From: Candidatus Krumholzibacteriia bacterium
GTDB taxonomy: Bacteria; Krumholzibacteriota; Krumholzibacteriia; Krumholzibacteriales; Krumholzibacteriaceae
Direction of reading: 5' to 3'
DNA: 64,000 bases
NCBI GenBank assembly: GCA_963836185.1
Contig: CAWIIQ010000001.1
Location: 1,632,001-1,696,000, forward strand
Position numbers and translations under genes: made by a program. This document shows positions 11,296 through 23,075 of this stretch, one piece after another (positions within the stretch are counted from its first letter, which is position 1; every line of letters starts with the position of its first letter). The notes below the pieces were generated by a model, which saw only the letters and a list, made by a program, of their open reading frames with translations, ran no database searches and was not told the DNA's origin.

Positions 11296-12600
11296 AACGG
11301 GTGACGGTCATCGGAGGCGGCCTGGCCGGCTGCGAGGCCGCTCTCCAGTTAGCATCCCTTGAGATCCCTGTCAGACTTGTCGAGATGAGGCCGGGGACAG
11401 GCACGCCCGCTCACAGGACTTCTCTGCTCGCAGAGATGGTGTGCAGCAACTCTTTGAAATCGGTCGATCCCGTGACGGCCTCGGGGCTTCTCAAGGAGGA
11501 GCTGAAGGGCCTTCGGTGCATACTCCTCGAAACAGCCGCGAAGTGCGCTGTTCCGGCAGGATATGCGCTGGCAGTCGACAGGGAGTTATTCGCATCGGAA
11601 GTTACCGGCCTCGTCGAGGACTCTCCGCTGATCGATCTGGAACGGGGTGAAGAAGCAGTTCTGCCGGATGAGGGCTGCGTCATAGTCGCGACCGGTCCGC
11701 TCACATCTGATAATCTATCCTCATCGATAGAAGAGCATTTCGAAGGCGGGAAACTCTATTTCTACGATGCGATAGCGATATCTGTGGAGGCCGAATCGAT
11801 CGATGAATCACGTATCTTCCGGGGATCCCGTTACGGAAAGGGAGGGGACGACTATCTCAATGTCCCGCTTACTGAGCCGGAGTATTCAGACCTCGTGAGA
11901 TTTCTTCTCGATGCGCCCAAGACGGAGAAGCGTGGTTTCGAATCAGGACAGTGTTTCGATGCCTGCCTGCCGATAGAAGTGATCGCCTTCCGGGGAACGG
12001 AATCGCTGAGGTACGGGCCTCTTAAACCGAGAGGGCTCGCAGACCCATGCCAGCGGAAGGGAACCTCACGCTGTGCTGCAGCTTCGACAGGAGAAAAAAG
12101 ACGGTTCTCTTCTCGGCCTGGTCGGATTCCAGACCCGCCTGACGCGTCCTGCCCAGAAACAGCTCCTCGAATTTCTCCCGGGCCTGGAAAATGCGAGGAT
12201 AGCGAGGTGGGGAGCGATCCACAGGAACACATATCTGGACTCTCCCCGTCTGCTAGATGAGCGGCAGATGTCCTCCAGGCAGGAGGGGCTCTTCTTCGCC
12301 GGACAACTCGCCGGAGTGGAAGGGTATATGGAATCGATCGCACACGGCCTTCTGACCGCTCTCAACGCTGCTGCCTATCTCGAGGAAAGGCGATTGCCGC
12401 TTCTTCCCGCGGACACGATGACCGGTGCCCTGCAGCGCCATCTGTCATCGACGGAAGGATCATTTCAACCGATGAACGCCAACATGGGACTCCTGCCTCC
12501 GGCTGCGGGCAGCAAGCGTGAGCGAAAGGCGAGAAAAGCGGAAAGAGCCATTGCGTCACTCAACTCGTATCTTGCTGAAAATACGCTTTTTAGAACGTAG
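11292..12600 (+). CDS. trmFO: Methylenetetrahydrofolate-tRNA-(uracil-5)-methyltransferase TrmFO (frameshift near 12048)
   Basis: VIGGGLAGCEAA, CSNSLKS, LVGFQT, FFAGQLAGVEGY, FQPMNAN; ATGA overlap with the topA stop. Confidence 0.92.
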
Positions 12601-12658
12601 CCATTTTTCATATCGCCTTCTTGATGATATGCCTCCCGCTGTGCTAGTATCGTCCCCT

Positions 12659-13591
12659 ATGACAGAGAAGACGCTCAAAAGATACATTCTCCATCTGGGG
12701 ATAGAGAAGGGAGTCTCGGAGTCGACTCTCCGCGCGTACGAGGGTGATATCCTCCAGTTCTTCGAGTACCTGAGGGATGCCGGCGGCAACGCGGATCCCG
12801 TGTCTACCGCACCGGCACATGTGCGGAGCTGGCTCGGGTCTCTCTCGAGAAACGGGTATACGGCGCGCAGTATCTCTCGAAAGATAGCCTCGCTCAGAAG
12901 TTTCTTCTCCTGGCTTGCGAGAACGGGAGAGATCGAACGGGATCCGACTCTTGGGATCTCGACCCCTAAAAAGACACGGGACCTCCCCGTTTTCGTCGGC
13001 AGAGAAGCTGTCGGCAGGATGATGGAACTGCCTCCGAAGGATTCGAGGAAGGGTATCAGGGATAGAGCGGTCCTCGAGCTCCTCTACGGCACCGGCATGA
13101 GGCTGGCGGAACTTGTCGGCAGCACCGTTTCGATGTGTGATTTTGCGAGGGGCACGATAAAGGTCCTTGGCAAGAGGGACAAGGAGAGGATCCTGCCTCT
13201 GAGTGGAGAGGCTTCCGCGAGTCTCGAGGTGTGGATGAAAGAGATATTCGGGATGCCGGATGAGGCTTTTAAAGACAGGATCCATTACACCGCCTTCTTC
13301 GCGGGACGTCCAGATACTCCCGTCTTTCCCGGCCGGGACGGAAGAAGTATCAGCAGGCGCACAGTGCAGCGAATCGTAAAGAAATATCTGGAACAGGTCG
13401 CCGCTCTTACCAGGATGAGCCCGCATGTGATCAGGCATACTTTCGCTACCCACCTTCTCGATGGAGGAGCGGATCTGAGAGCCGTCCAGGAACTTCTCGG
13501 GCATGTCAACCTGACGACGACACAGATCTATACACATGTGACGATGGAAAAACTAAGGCAGATATTCGACAGGTCACACCCGAGAGCCTGA
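12659..13591 (+). CDS. xerC: Tyrosine recombinase XerC
   Basis: [47 protein letters not shown]...TTQIYTH; topA-trmFO-xerC-hslVU synteny. Confidence 0.85.
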   Translation: MTEKTLKRYILHLGIEKGVSESTLRAYEGDILQFFEYLRDAGGNADPVSTAPAHVRSWLGSLSRNGYTARSISRKIASLRSFFSWLARTGEIERDPTLGISTPKKTRDLPVFVGREAVGRMMELPPKDSRKGIRDRAVLELLYGTGMRLAELVGSTVSMCDFARGTIKVLGKRDKERILPLSGEASASLEVWMKEIFGMPDEAFKDRIHYTAFFAGRPDTPVFPGRDGRSISRRTVQRIVKKYLEQVAALTRMSPHVIRHTFATHLLDGGADLRAVQELLGHVNLTTTQIYTHVTMEKLRQIFDRSHPRA

Positions 13592-13670
13592 GCTTCGGCT
13601 CGCAGGAAAAGTTTGTTTGCCGCGGCCAGGAGCTTATATTTGTCATCTGGAACCAGATATGGAGGATGTG

Positions 13671-14213
13671 ATGTTCAGGGGAACGACGATACTTGGAGTG
13701 AGGAACGAAAAGGGCGCAGCTCTCGGCGGTGACGGGCAGGTGACTTTCGGCGATACAGTAGTCAAGCATGGCGCGAAAAAGATAAGAAGCCTCAGGGATG
13801 GTGAGGTGCTGGCGGGATTCGCTGGAAGCACGGCTGACGCCATGACGCTCTTTTCAAAGTTCGAAGGCAAGCTGGATGAACATGCCGGCAACATCGTCAA
13901 AAGCGCGGTCGAGCTCGCGAAGGAGTGGCGAAGCGACAAGGTGCTTCGTCATCTGGAAGCGCTGCTGGCCGTTGTGAGCAGGGAACATTGCCTGATAATA
14001 TCCGGCAAGGGTGACGTTGTCGAGCCGGATGACGGGATAGTCTCGATAGGCTCGGGCGGACCGTACGCTCTGGCCGCCGCCAGGGCATTTATCGACGGCG
14101 GCAGAGAGGACGCGGCTGATATCGTCCAGGGCTCGCTGGAGATCGCTTCAAGGATATGTATATATACGAATGACAGCATAACGGTCGAATCGATCGGACC
14201 AAGAGGGAAATAA
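13671..14213 (+). CDS. hslV: ATP-dependent protease peptidase subunit HslV
   Basis: TTILGV N-terminal Thr nucleophile, [20 protein letters not shown]; GGAGG SD. Confidence 0.96.
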   Translation: MFRGTTILGVRNEKGAALGGDGQVTFGDTVVKHGAKKIRSLRDGEVLAGFAGSTADAMTLFSKFEGKLDEHAGNIVKSAVELAKEWRSDKVLRHLEALLAVVSREHCLIISGKGDVVEPDDGIVSIGSGGPYALAAARAFIDGGREDAADIVQGSLEIASRICIYTNDSITVESIGPRGK

Positions 14214-15550
14214 TGTATGAATTGACACCAAAGCAGATCGTTGTCGAACTCGACAAATACATCATCGGGCAGGACGAGGCCAAGCGCTCCGTTGCCATCG
14301 CCTTGAGAAACCGGTGGAGGAGAAAGAATGTCGAAGGCCCGATAAAAGACGAGATACTGCCGAATAATATAATCATGATAGGTCCTACGGGTGTCGGCAA
14401 GACCGAGATCGCGAGAAGGCTGGCCAGGCTCGCTCAGGCTCCTTTCGTAAAGGTCGAAGCTACAAAATTCACCGAGGTCGGATACGTCGGGCGCGACGTT
14501 GAATCGATGATAAGGGACCTTGTCGAGATCGGCATCAACATGGAGAAGGATAAGGTCTACGAGGAAGTAGCGGAGATGGCGGTCCGGCTCGCATCCGACA
14601 GGCTTCTCGACCTCCTTCTGCCTCCCGTGCCCCAGGAAGGCACCGACGGGCCGGAGATAGAGGAAAGAAGAAAGCGCACGAGGGAGAAACTGAAAAAGAA
14701 ACTCGATGAGGGAGCGCTTGACGCGAGGGAAGTGACGGTCGAGACACTCGAGAGGCCATCGAACTGGATAGAGATAATTTCCGGTTCCGGACTCGAGGAG
14801 ATGGGAGTAAAGTTTCCGGACAATCTCGGGAATATGATGCCGAAGAAAACGAAAGGGAGGCGGGTCTCGGTCGAAGAGGCGCGTAAGATCCTCGAATCGG
14901 AGGAGAAGGAGAAGCTTGTCGATCAGGACAAGGTGACTTCACGAGCGCTCAGGGCCGTCGAAGAGACTGGAATAGTCTTCATCGACGAAATAGACAAGAT
15001 CGCAACAACAGGACAGAAACATGGACCGGACGTTTCGAGGGAAGGTGTCCAGAGAGATATACTCCCGATCATCGAAGGATCGACCGTCAATACGAAATAC
15101 GGAGTCGTCAAAACGGATCATATCCTCTTTATCGCTGCGGGAGCCTTCCACATGTCGAAGCCTTCCGATCTAGTACCTGAGCTTCAGGGGAGATTTCCCA
15201 TAAGGGTGGAACTCAACTCGCTTACTGCCGATGATTTCGAGAGGATACTTCTCGAACCGGAAAACGCGCTGCTCAAGCAGTATAAAGCTATCATAGAGAC
15301 CGAGGGCTGCAAGGTCAACTTTACGAAGGGATCAGTGAAAGAGATCGCCCGTGTCGCCTTCCTCGTCAACAGAAAGATGGAAAACATCGGCGCTCGCAGG
15401 CTTCACACTGTACTGACGACCCTTCTCGATGAGATACTGTTCGATCTCCCGGACCCTGAGATCGACAAGTTCACGGTCAATGAGAAGACCGTCAGGGATA
15501 AACTCGAAAAGATCATTGAGGACGAAGATCTCGCCAGATACATACTTTAG
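14213..15550 (+). CDS. hslU: ATP-dependent protease ATPase subunit HslU
   Basis: [41 protein letters not shown]. Confidence 0.97.
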   Translation: MYELTPKQIVVELDKYIIGQDEAKRSVAIALRNRWRRKNVEGPIKDEILPNNIIMIGPTGVGKTEIARRLARLAQAPFVKVEATKFTEVGYVGRDVESMIRDLVEIGINMEKDKVYEEVAEMAVRLASDRLLDLLLPPVPQEGTDGPEIEERRKRTREKLKKKLDEGALDAREVTVETLERPSNWIEIISGSGLEEMGVKFPDNLGNMMPKKTKGRRVSVEEARKILESEEKEKLVDQDKVTSRALRAVEETGIVFIDEIDKIATTGQKHGPDVSREGVQRDILPIIEGSTVNTKYGVVKTDHILFIAAGAFHMSKPSDLVPELQGRFPIRVELNSLTADDFERILLEPENALLKQYKAIIETEGCKVNFTKGSVKEIARVAFLVNRKMENIGARRLHTVLTTLLDEILFDLPDPEIDKFTVNEKTVRDKLEKIIEDEDLARYIL

Positions 15551-15562
15551 GAAGGAGTCTAC

Positions 15563-16483
15563 ATGAAACTCGGGAAGAAGGATTTTCTACGCATCACGGA
15601 CTTCACCAGGGAAGAGCTCCAGGGTATCATCGATCTTGCTATAAGTCAGAAACCGCTCGCCCGGAATTTTACTCTCGAGCATTCACATCCGGGACGCGTT
15701 CTCGGATGCATCTTCCACAAACCGAGCCTGCGGACAAGAATAAGTTTTGAGATAGCTATCAGGCAGATCGGCGGGTCAAGCCTCTACATCACTGACAGGG
15801 AAATAGGAATCGGCAGCCGCGAAGCGCCGAAAGATGTAGGCGAGGTTCTTTCGAGGTATGTAGATGGTATCATGATACGCACGTTCGATCAGAATATGGT
15901 CGAAGAGCTCGCGTCGAATGCTTCCGTTCCGGTCATCAACGGCCTGACTGACCTCCTGCATCCCTGCCAGATCATGGGAGACCTTCAGACGATAATCGAG
16001 CACCGTGGCCCGATCGAAGGTAAAAAGGTCGTCTTTATCGGTGACGGGAACAATGTAGCGAGAAGCTGGCTTAACGCAGCGGCGCGATTCCCGTTCAAAT
16101 TCGTCCTGACTTCTCCATCCGGATATGAGATCGCGGATTCATACATCGAGGAAGTCCGTGGTCTCGGCAATCCTGATTACGAATGGATCGAGGATCCAAG
16201 GGAAGCCGTTCAGGAAGCTGACGTCGTCTATTCCGACGTCTGGGCCAGCATGGGGCAGGAGTCCGAAAAGGCGGAGAGGCTCAAGATATTCAAGTCTTAC
16301 CAGGTCAACGAGGAATTGATGGCTCTGGCCCAGGAGAACGCGGTATTCATGCACTGTCTCCCGGCACACCGGGGAGAAGAAGTGACGGACGCGGTTATTG
16401 ACGGGAAGAACTCTATCGTATTCGATGAGGCGGAGAACCGTCTGCATATACAGCGGGCGATCATCGCGCTTCTTCTCAAGTAA
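15563..16483 (+). CDS. argF: Ornithine carbamoyltransferase
   Basis: SLRTR, HPCQ, DVWASMG, HCLPAHRGEEV, EAENR. Confidence 0.93.
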   Translation: MKLGKKDFLRITDFTREELQGIIDLAISQKPLARNFTLEHSHPGRVLGCIFHKPSLRTRISFEIAIRQIGGSSLYITDREIGIGSREAPKDVGEVLSRYVDGIMIRTFDQNMVEELASNASVPVINGLTDLLHPCQIMGDLQTIIEHRGPIEGKKVVFIGDGNNVARSWLNAAARFPFKFVLTSPSGYEIADSYIEEVRGLGNPDYEWIEDPREAVQEADVVYSDVWASMGQESEKAERLKIFKSYQVNEELMALAQENAVFMHCLPAHRGEEVTDAVIDGKNSIVFDEAENRLHIQRAIIALLLK

Positions 16484-16498
16484 CACAGGAGTATCAGA

Positions 16499-17569
16499 TT
16501 GAGAAGGACCCTGTTGCTTTTGACCTCGCTGGTCTTTCTGTCCTGCGCGGTCATGGAAGCTCCATCGGGAGGACCGAAAGATGAGGCGCCTCCCGAGGTC
16601 ACCGGCATCCAGCCGGTTCCGGGCAGCGCCGGAGTCGACAGGGATTCCTCGATCAAGATCGCCTTTTCCGAGAAAGTCGATGGAGACAGTTTTAAAAAAC
16701 TCGTTCAGATCTATCCGCCCCTCGAGTTCGACAAGATGCGGACAAAAGACGAAGTCTTCGAGATAATATTCCGCGAGGAACTTCCGGAGACGACTATCTG
16801 TGTCCTGATACGTAAGGGCTATGCCGATCAGCACAAGGTAAAAGGAGAGCGCGGGATAAATTTCTGCTTTTCCACAGCCGATTCGCTGGACAGCGGAAAG
16901 ATATCGGGGCGCGTACTCTTCAAGATGTCTCCGGATTCGACAGGCCTGGCGAAACTCGTATCCATTTCAGATGTCGATTCGACCGGCGACCTGTCCAGGG
17001 CGCCCGAGGCAAGGATAGCCTTTTGCGGCAGCGATGGGTCTTTCACCTTCGAAGCGCTTCCGACCAACGGCACGATGTTCCGTCTATGGGCCTTTACAGA
17101 CGGGAACGAAGATACGAGATTTTCACCCGGAGACGAATTCTTCACTGCGCTTGAAGATACATTCACTCTCACCTCCGGGATGCCCTCGATCGCCGGATTG
17201 GAGATCAACATAATCGATCCGGAAGAACCCGGGAAGATAGAGGGGACGATCACCGATCTCACCGGATCCGGAATACCCCCGACAGCCAGATTCGAACCTC
17301 TTTATGAAGACGGCACACCTCTCATCGTCAGCGCCGATACGACAGGCAGTTACACAGTCGCCGGCATACCGCCGGGTGATTATATCTTTACCGCCTTTAT
17401 AGACGCTTTCGCGGACAGCCTTCCCGGCAGTTATACGGATCCTGCTGATTCCACGAGCACACTTCCTGAACCGTTCGCCGTATATCCTGATACGGTGATC
17501 GTTCCGCCCGGCGATACTCTGACACTCGAGCCCCTATTCATACAGAAGGGCACCGGAAAAGATGAGTAA
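16499..17569 (+). CDS. Ig-like (Big_5) domain lipoprotein
   Basis: Lipobox VFLSC followed by CAxxxxPSGGPKDEAPP, typical of FCB-group Ig-like lipoproteins. Confidence 0.72.
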   Translation: MRRTLLLLTSLVFLSCAVMEAPSGGPKDEAPPEVTGIQPVPGSAGVDRDSSIKIAFSEKVDGDSFKKLVQIYPPLEFDKMRTKDEVFEIIFREELPETTICVLIRKGYADQHKVKGERGINFCFSTADSLDSGKISGRVLFKMSPDSTGLAKLVSISDVDSTGDLSRAPEARIAFCGSDGSFTFEALPTNGTMFRLWAFTDGNEDTRFSPGDEFFTALEDTFTLTSGMPSIAGLEINIIDPEEPGKIEGTITDLTGSGIPPTARFEPLYEDGTPLIVSADTTGSYTVAGIPPGDYIFTAFIDAFADSLPGSYTDPADSTSTLPEPFAVYPDTVIVPPGDTLTLEPLFIQKGTGKDE

Positions 17570-18377
17570 GTTCGAGTTTACCAAGATGCACGGCGCTGGA
17601 AACGACTTCATCATGATCGATGACATGAAGTCGATCTTCGATGAAAGCCCCGGGCTTATCGCCGCCCTCTGTGAATTCCACCGCGGCATAGGAGCGGACG
17701 GCATCATCCTCCTGAGGCCATCCGAAGAGACCGACTTTGCCATGAAATATTTCAACAGCGATGGAAGCGAAGCGGAAATGTGCGGCAACGGCGCCAGGTG
17801 CACGGCTGTGTTCGCGCTCGACAGAGGTATAGCGGGAAAGAAGATGAGATTCTCTACCGGGGCCGGCCCGGTATCAGCCGAGGTGGCAGGAGACCGGGTC
17901 AGGATCGGGCTCGAGCCGGTGCGCGGCCTCCGTCTGGGGCTTGTGCTGCCTGACGGCACTACGGCGGGTTTTGCTGTAAGCGGGGTCCCTCACGCGGCGA
18001 TCATCGTCGAAGACGCCAGATCGTGGGAGCGGGAGAGCTTCGTGAATATGGCACGGAGTGTCAGGTTCGATCCGCTTTTCGAGCCGACAGGGACGAATGT
18101 AAACATCGTCACGGTCGAATCAGGCAGCAAGCTGGTCTACAGGACGTACGAAAGAGGGGTGGAAGACGAGACTCTCGCCTGCGGCACGGGAGCGGTCGCC
18201 ATATCGGTGATAGCTGCTCACATGGGGCTCGTATCTTCCCCCGTGACCTGCGAGACTTCAGGCGGCGATATCCTGGAGACTTCATTCGAACTCAACGATG
18301 ACGGGGCCTATCAATGCACCCTCACTGGACCCGCGAAGGTCTCTTTCAGGGGTGAGGCGGACACGGCTTTGTATTAG
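17562..18377 (+). CDS. dapF: Diaminopimelate epimerase
   Basis: KMHGAGNDF, GIGADG, EMCGNG, TYERGVEDETLACGTG. Confidence 0.96.
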   Translation: MSKFEFTKMHGAGNDFIMIDDMKSIFDESPGLIAALCEFHRGIGADGIILLRPSEETDFAMKYFNSDGSEAEMCGNGARCTAVFALDRGIAGKKMRFSTGAGPVSAEVAGDRVRIGLEPVRGLRLGLVLPDGTTAGFAVSGVPHAAIIVEDARSWERESFVNMARSVRFDPLFEPTGTNVNIVTVESGSKLVYRTYERGVEDETLACGTGAVAISVIAAHMGLVSSPVTCETSGGDILETSFELNDDGAYQCTLTGPAKVSFRGEADTALY

Positions 18378-18441
18378 CCCTTGATATCCTTCCTTTCCAA
18401 CTGCAAATTATACTTGTAAGGGCAAGGAGGGAATATCGAAG

Positions 18442-21243
18442 GTGAAACGGTATCTTCCTATCATAACAACTGCGGCATTGATCCTGTTCACCACGGGATC
18501 GACTGCCCAGTATCCGTTCGGTAAGAACAAGATCACATACTATCCCAAGGACTGGAAGGTCATCCAGACGGACCATTACGATCTCTTCTATTATGAAGAG
18601 GAGATCGAGATCGCTGAATTCGTGGTGGCGATGGCTGAGGATATCTACTCTGAATTCTCAGCCTTTTTTGATCTTGAATTTGAACGGCGTGTACCTGTGA
18701 TCCTCTACGGGACTCATCACGATTTCAAGGAAACCAATATAATCCCCTACATAGTCTCTGAAGGTACCGGAGGTTTCACGGAGTTTATCAAGGGCAGGGT
18801 GGCCCTTCCGTTTATGGGTTCGTACGCCGATATGAAAGGTGTATTCAGGCACGAGATGGTCCACGCCTTCATGCTCGAGAAACTCCGCGTCACGATGAGC
18901 GGCCGGAGAAAATTCAACTATTCCCATCCGCCACTGTGGTTCACCGAAGGGCTTGCTGAATTCCTCGCACACGGCGGCCCGGATACCGAGGCGGACATGT
19001 TCATGAGGGATGCCGTTACAGACAACTTGATACAGCCGCTGCAGGATCTCTGGAAGATAGAGGGCACATACCTGATGTACAAGGAGGGGGAAAGCGCTCT
19101 TCATTATATCGCGACCGAGTACGGTGACGAGTCGATCAGGTTGATCCTTGAAAACTGGTGGAAGGGTGACCGTTTCGACTATGTCCTCGAAAAAACAATC
19201 GGCGTGACAGTAGAGGAACTTAATGACGACTGGATGGAATACCTGAAGAGGAAGTTCTATCCCGCAGTCCTGAAGCAGCGGAGAGCAGATGAGATCGCGG
19301 ACGGCATGTACAGGAGGAAGAAGTGGTCCTTCGAGAATCATCCCGTATGCGTAAAAGGTAAAGACGGGAAGGACAGGATATTCTGTCTCGGGTTCGGACT
19401 GGGATCCGTTGACCTGTTTGAGCTCAAAATAAACGGAAAGAGGGAGTGGCAAAGAAGCACAATCATCAGAGGCGGCCGGAACAACGCGTTCGAGTCGATA
19501 CCTCTCTTCAGAAGCAGGGTATCGGCCAAGGGCGACACACTGGCATTCGTCTCAAAGTCGGGCGCCAGTGACGTGATCTATCTTCTCGATACATCGAAAA
19601 AAAGAATCCTCAGACGGATCAGGCATGACGAGACGAAAATGATTAACTCTCCCGCTCTCTCCGGTGACGGAAGAAGAGTCGCCTTTTCTGGAATAGACGA
19701 CCAGGGAAGGACTGATATCTTTATTTACGACCTCGATACAAGTGTGTTCAAAAGGGTGACGGAAGATTACTACCAGGATGATCATCCCGACTGGCACCCA
19801 CACAAGGACCTTATCGTCTTTACATCGGACAGGTGCGGAGGGGAGCCTGGAAGTTCGACCGGACTCTATTCCATCGATCCGGGCTCGATGCAGATGATAC
19901 AACTCACCAGCGGGCAATGGAGAGACACCGACCCGCGTCACCTGCCGAGCGGAGACCTGCTCTTCTCTTCTGACAGGGCCGGAACGTATGATATCTACAT
20001 AATGTGGAAGAACGGCCGTGTTTCAAGGCAGACGAATGTTCTGGGAGGCGCCTTCGCGCCCTCGCCCTGCAGCGACGGGGAATCGTTTGTAACTGCCGTT
20101 TACAGCGGCAGCACCTATCATGCGTACAGGGTCCGGATCGACCGGGAGGCTCCCGGCATCCCCCTTGAGCACGAGGTATGCAGGGGATTCGACTGGGAAC
20201 CGGATCTTCCGGATTCCGGGCTCGCCTACACTCAGAATCCCTACCGTCCGAAATTCAGCCTCGATCTCATCGCAGCGGCTTTCGCTGTCGACCCGGATTT
20301 CGGATACATGGGGAACGGCGCTCAGCTTTTTCTTACCGATATGCTCGGCGACCATCAGATCTCCATACTTTTCGGAACGTCATCGAACGACTTCTCCAAT
20401 TTCTTCGATAACATCAATCTCGCTGTGACCTATTACAACCAGACCAAACGGTTGAATTACGGGTTCGGAGCTTTTCACCTGGCCAGCTATATAGGCTCCA
20501 GTTACGACATATTGAGATTCGAGAGGAGGTATGGCGTAGTGGGGGGGGTGAGCTACCCATTTTCGAGGTTCATGCGTATAGATTTTCAGACGATATTCAA
20601 AAAGATGTCTAGAGATGACGATATCACGGCGCTGGGAGTGTACCAGGGCGAAACGAAGATGATCACCAATTTCATCTCGCTCACGAGAGACAATATCATC
20701 TGGGGTATCGGAGGGCCGGTCACTGGACACAGAGCGAACCTCGCTCTCGGCAAGTCATGGGATCTCGATGGAAGCAGATACGAACTGACGACGGCTATCT
20801 TCGACATCAGATACTATCTCAATATCGGCTCACGTGTGGTACTGGCCCAGCGTTTCGTGACACGCAACTCGTGGGGGAGCGACGTACAGCTCTTTTACCT
20901 CGGCGGCTCCTGGGATCTGAGGGGGTATAATTACCGGGAATTCGCCGGGAAGAGGATGATGCTCTATAATGCCGAGTTGAGATTCCCTCTTCTTGACAGG
21001 CTGCTGCTGAACTTTCCGGTGGGACATATCGATTTCCCGATGTTCAGGGGAGCGCTGTTCCTTGACGCCGGCACGGTAAGCGGGTTCATCTATGACCCAG
21101 GTTGGATCGGAAGCATCGGAGTCGGAGTGGAGATGAATCTGGGCTATCTGCCGGTTATGAGGATCAACTTCAGCCGGTTGACCGATTTCGATCGCATAGG
21201 AAATGATACGAAAGTAGACTTCTTTCTCGGCTATAACTTCTGA
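18442..21243 (+). CDS. Omp85-superfamily outer membrane protein with N-terminal peptidase-MA-like domain and TolB-like propeller
   Basis: Signal peptide; HEMVH + WFTEGLAE; PD40-like repeats (SPALSGDG, HPDWHP); barrel with LRGY motif and terminal Phe (GYNF). Confidence 0.8.
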   Translation: MKRYLPIITTAALILFTTGSTAQYPFGKNKITYYPKDWKVIQTDHYDLFYYEEEIEIAEFVVAMAEDIYSEFSAFFDLEFERRVPVILYGTHHDFKETNIIPYIVSEGTGGFTEFIKGRVALPFMGSYADMKGVFRHEMVHAFMLEKLRVTMSGRRKFNYSHPPLWFTEGLAEFLAHGGPDTEADMFMRDAVTDNLIQPLQDLWKIEGTYLMYKEGESALHYIATEYGDESIRLILENWWKGDRFDYVLEKTIGVTVEELNDDWMEYLKRKFYPAVLKQRRADEIADGMYRRKKWSFENHPVCVKGKDGKDRIFCLGFGLGSVDLFELKINGKREWQRSTIIRGGRNNAFESIPLFRSRVSAKGDTLAFVSKSGASDVIYLLDTSKKRILRRIRHDETKMINSPALSGDGRRVAFSGIDDQGRTDIFIYDLDTSVFKRVTEDYYQDDHPDWHPHKDLIVFTSDRCGGEPGSSTGLYSIDPGSMQMIQLTSGQWRDTDPRHLPSGDLLFSSDRAGTYDIYIMWKNGRVSRQTNVLGGAFAPSPCSDGESFVTAVYSGSTYHAYRVRIDREAPGIPLEHEVCRGFDWEPDLPDSGLAYTQNPYRPKFSLDLIAAAFAVDPDFGYMGNGAQLFLTDMLGDHQISILFGTSSNDFSNFFDNINLAVTYYNQTKRLNYGFGAFHLASYIGSSYDILRFERRYGVVGGVSYPFSRFMRIDFQTIFKKMSRDDDITALGVYQGETKMITNFISLTRDNIIWGIGGPVTGHRANLALGKSWDLDGSRYELTTAIFDIRYYLNIGSRVVLAQRFVTRNSWGSDVQLFYLGGSWDLRGYNYREFAGKRMMLYNAELRFPLLDRLLLNFPVGHIDFPMFRGALFLDAGTVSGFIYDPGWIGSIGVGVEMNLGYLPVMRINFSRLTDFDRIGNDTKVDFFLGYNF

Positions 21244-23075
21244 TCATCGAATACTTCAAGTGCGAGCCTGTACCGGTTGAACGGCGCGCTTACCTGGACT
21301 CCGTTTACGATCGGCCTGATCCTCCGCAGTATATCCGAGGCTATCTCGACTCCGGCCTTCATCGACTCTTCTCCGCCGCCCGATGCTTCCATCCTCTTCA
21401 TCACACTGTCCGGCACCGATACGCCCGGCAGCTCGTTATTCATGAACTCGGCGTTTTTCAGGCTGGTAAGGGGCCAGATCCCGGCTATTACGGGGATTCG
21501 AAGAGATCTTGACTCGATATATTCCACAAACCTCTCAAGGAGGCCGGGATCGAACACGGGCTGGGTAATCGCGAATTCCGCCCCGGCATCGACTTTCCAG
21601 TAGAACCTGTTCATCTCCTCTTCAAAATCGACAGCGCCTGGATTGACCCCGACGCCAATAAGGAAGGAGGTCGGCTCATCAAGGCTGCGGTCCCCGATGT
21701 CGGCGCCCCTGTTGAGGTGATGGATGACGTTTGTAAGCCCTATCGAATCTATGTCGAACACAGCCGTCGCATCGGGATAATCGCCTGTCTTGATCGGATC
21801 ACCTGTTATCACGAGTATGTTTCTTAATCCGAGCGCGTGCGCTCCGAGTATATCCGACTGCATTCCGAGAATATTCCTGTCCCGGCAGCAATAATGGAGG
21901 ACCGTCTCTATCCCGGCGTCACGTTCGATAAGAACGGCCAGCGCCAGCGGGCTCATCCTGGACGAAGCCCGGGGGCTGTCCGGGATATTTATAGCGTCTA
22001 TCCCCGCCTCAGAGAGGAGTGCGGCCGCGTCAAGGACCTTTCTCGGATTTCCGCCGCGGGGAGGGACCATCTCGACGAGGCGCACGAATTCCCCATCTGC
22101 GATCTTCCGGGCGAGGGATGATTTTTCGGCCAGTGGAACTGCCCTGGAGATATCACTGTGTACCTTGTCAGTCTGTTGAGCATGCGCGGCGACTTTCATC
22201 GGCCTGACCGTCTTGAGGATATCGGAAATCGCCCTTATATGGGCGGGTGTCGTTCCGCAGCATCCCCCGATGATCCGGGCGCCGGCCTTTACGAATCGGC
22301 GGGCATATTCCGCCATATATTCAGGCGACGTCATGTAGATATTCCTGCCGTCGACACTCTGGGGGATTCCCGCGTTCGGCTGGGCCGATATCCATTTTTC
22401 GACATTGCCTGAGATCTTTTCTACAGCTTCCAGCATCACCCTGGGACCGACAGAGCAGTTTACTCCAAGAGCGTCGACATCCCACTTATCGAGACGTGAA
22501 GCGAATTCGGTCGGCTCGGTCCCGTAAAGGCCCAGGCCGTCATGCTGAAGTGTCATCTGGGCCACCACGGGGAGATCGCTTACCGACCGTATTCCGTTTA
22601 TCGCCCGGTGGATCTCGTTTAGATCGGCAAATGTCTCGAGGACGAATATGTCGATGCCGCCCTTGAGGAGTACAGCCGCCTGTTCAGCGAACGCGGCCTC
22701 AGCTTCTTCATTCGAAGTCGCCCCCCATGGCTCTATACGTATCCCGAGGGGGCCCATAGCGCCAGCCACGACGGCCCCGTTACCCGATGCGCGCCTCGCT
22801 ATCCGCGCGCCGGCCAGGTTGATCTCCTCGAGCTTTTCTTCGAGGCCGTACAGCGACAGCTTGAACCTGTTTGCTCCGAAGGTATTCGTCTCTATTACAC
22901 CAGCGCCTGCGTCGATATACTCCCTGTGGATCTCCTCTACAAGTCCGGGGTTGCTGAGATTTGTCTCGTCAAAGCATCTGTTTATGAATACGCCCCTGTC
23001 GTAGAGCATCGTGCCCATAGCTCCGTCAAACAGTACTACTCCCTCAGCAAGCATATCGAGAAACCTGGAACTCAT
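21231..23075 (-). CDS. Bifunctional homocysteine S-methyltransferase / methylenetetrahydrofolate reductase (YitJ-like)
   Basis: DGAMGT, TNTFGAN, GVNC, GGCCGTTP, followed by an MTHFR domain (CRDRN, TGDP, ITQPVFD). Confidence 0.92.
   Translation of the reverse strand: MSSRFLDMLAEGVVLFDGAMGTMLYDRGVFINRCFDETNLSNPGLVEEIHREYIDAGAGVIETNTFGANRFKLSLYGLEEKLEEINLAGARIARRASGNGAVVAGAMGPLGIRIEPWGATSNEEAEAAFAEQAAVLLKGGIDIFVLETFADLNEIHRAINGIRSVSDLPVVAQMTLQHDGLGLYGTEPTEFASRLDKWDVDALGVNCSVGPRVMLEAVEKISGNVEKWISAQPNAGIPQSVDGRNIYMTSPEYMAEYARRFVKAGARIIGGCCGTTPAHIRAISDILKTVRPMKVAAHAQQTDKVHSDISRAVPLAEKSSLARKIADGEFVRLVEMVPPRGGNPRKVLDAAALLSEAGIDAINIPDSPRASSRMSPLALAVLIERDAGIETVLHYCCRDRNILGMQSDILGAHALGLRNILVITGDPIKTGDYPDATAVFDIDSIGLTNVIHHLNRGADIGDRSLDEPTSFLIGVGVNPGAVDFEEEMNRFYWKVDAGAEFAITQPVFDPGLLERFVEYIESRSLRIPVIAGIWPLTSLKNAEFMNNELPGVSVPDSVMKRMEASGGGEESMKAGVEIASDILRRIRPIVNGVQVSAPFNRYRLALEVFDDQKL

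Noticed and set aside
15563-16483. N-acetyl/succinyl-ornithine carbamoyltransferase suggested by the SLRT motif
   Set aside because: DxxxSMG and HCLPAHRG motifs are those of canonical OTC, and SLRT also occurs in true OTCs.
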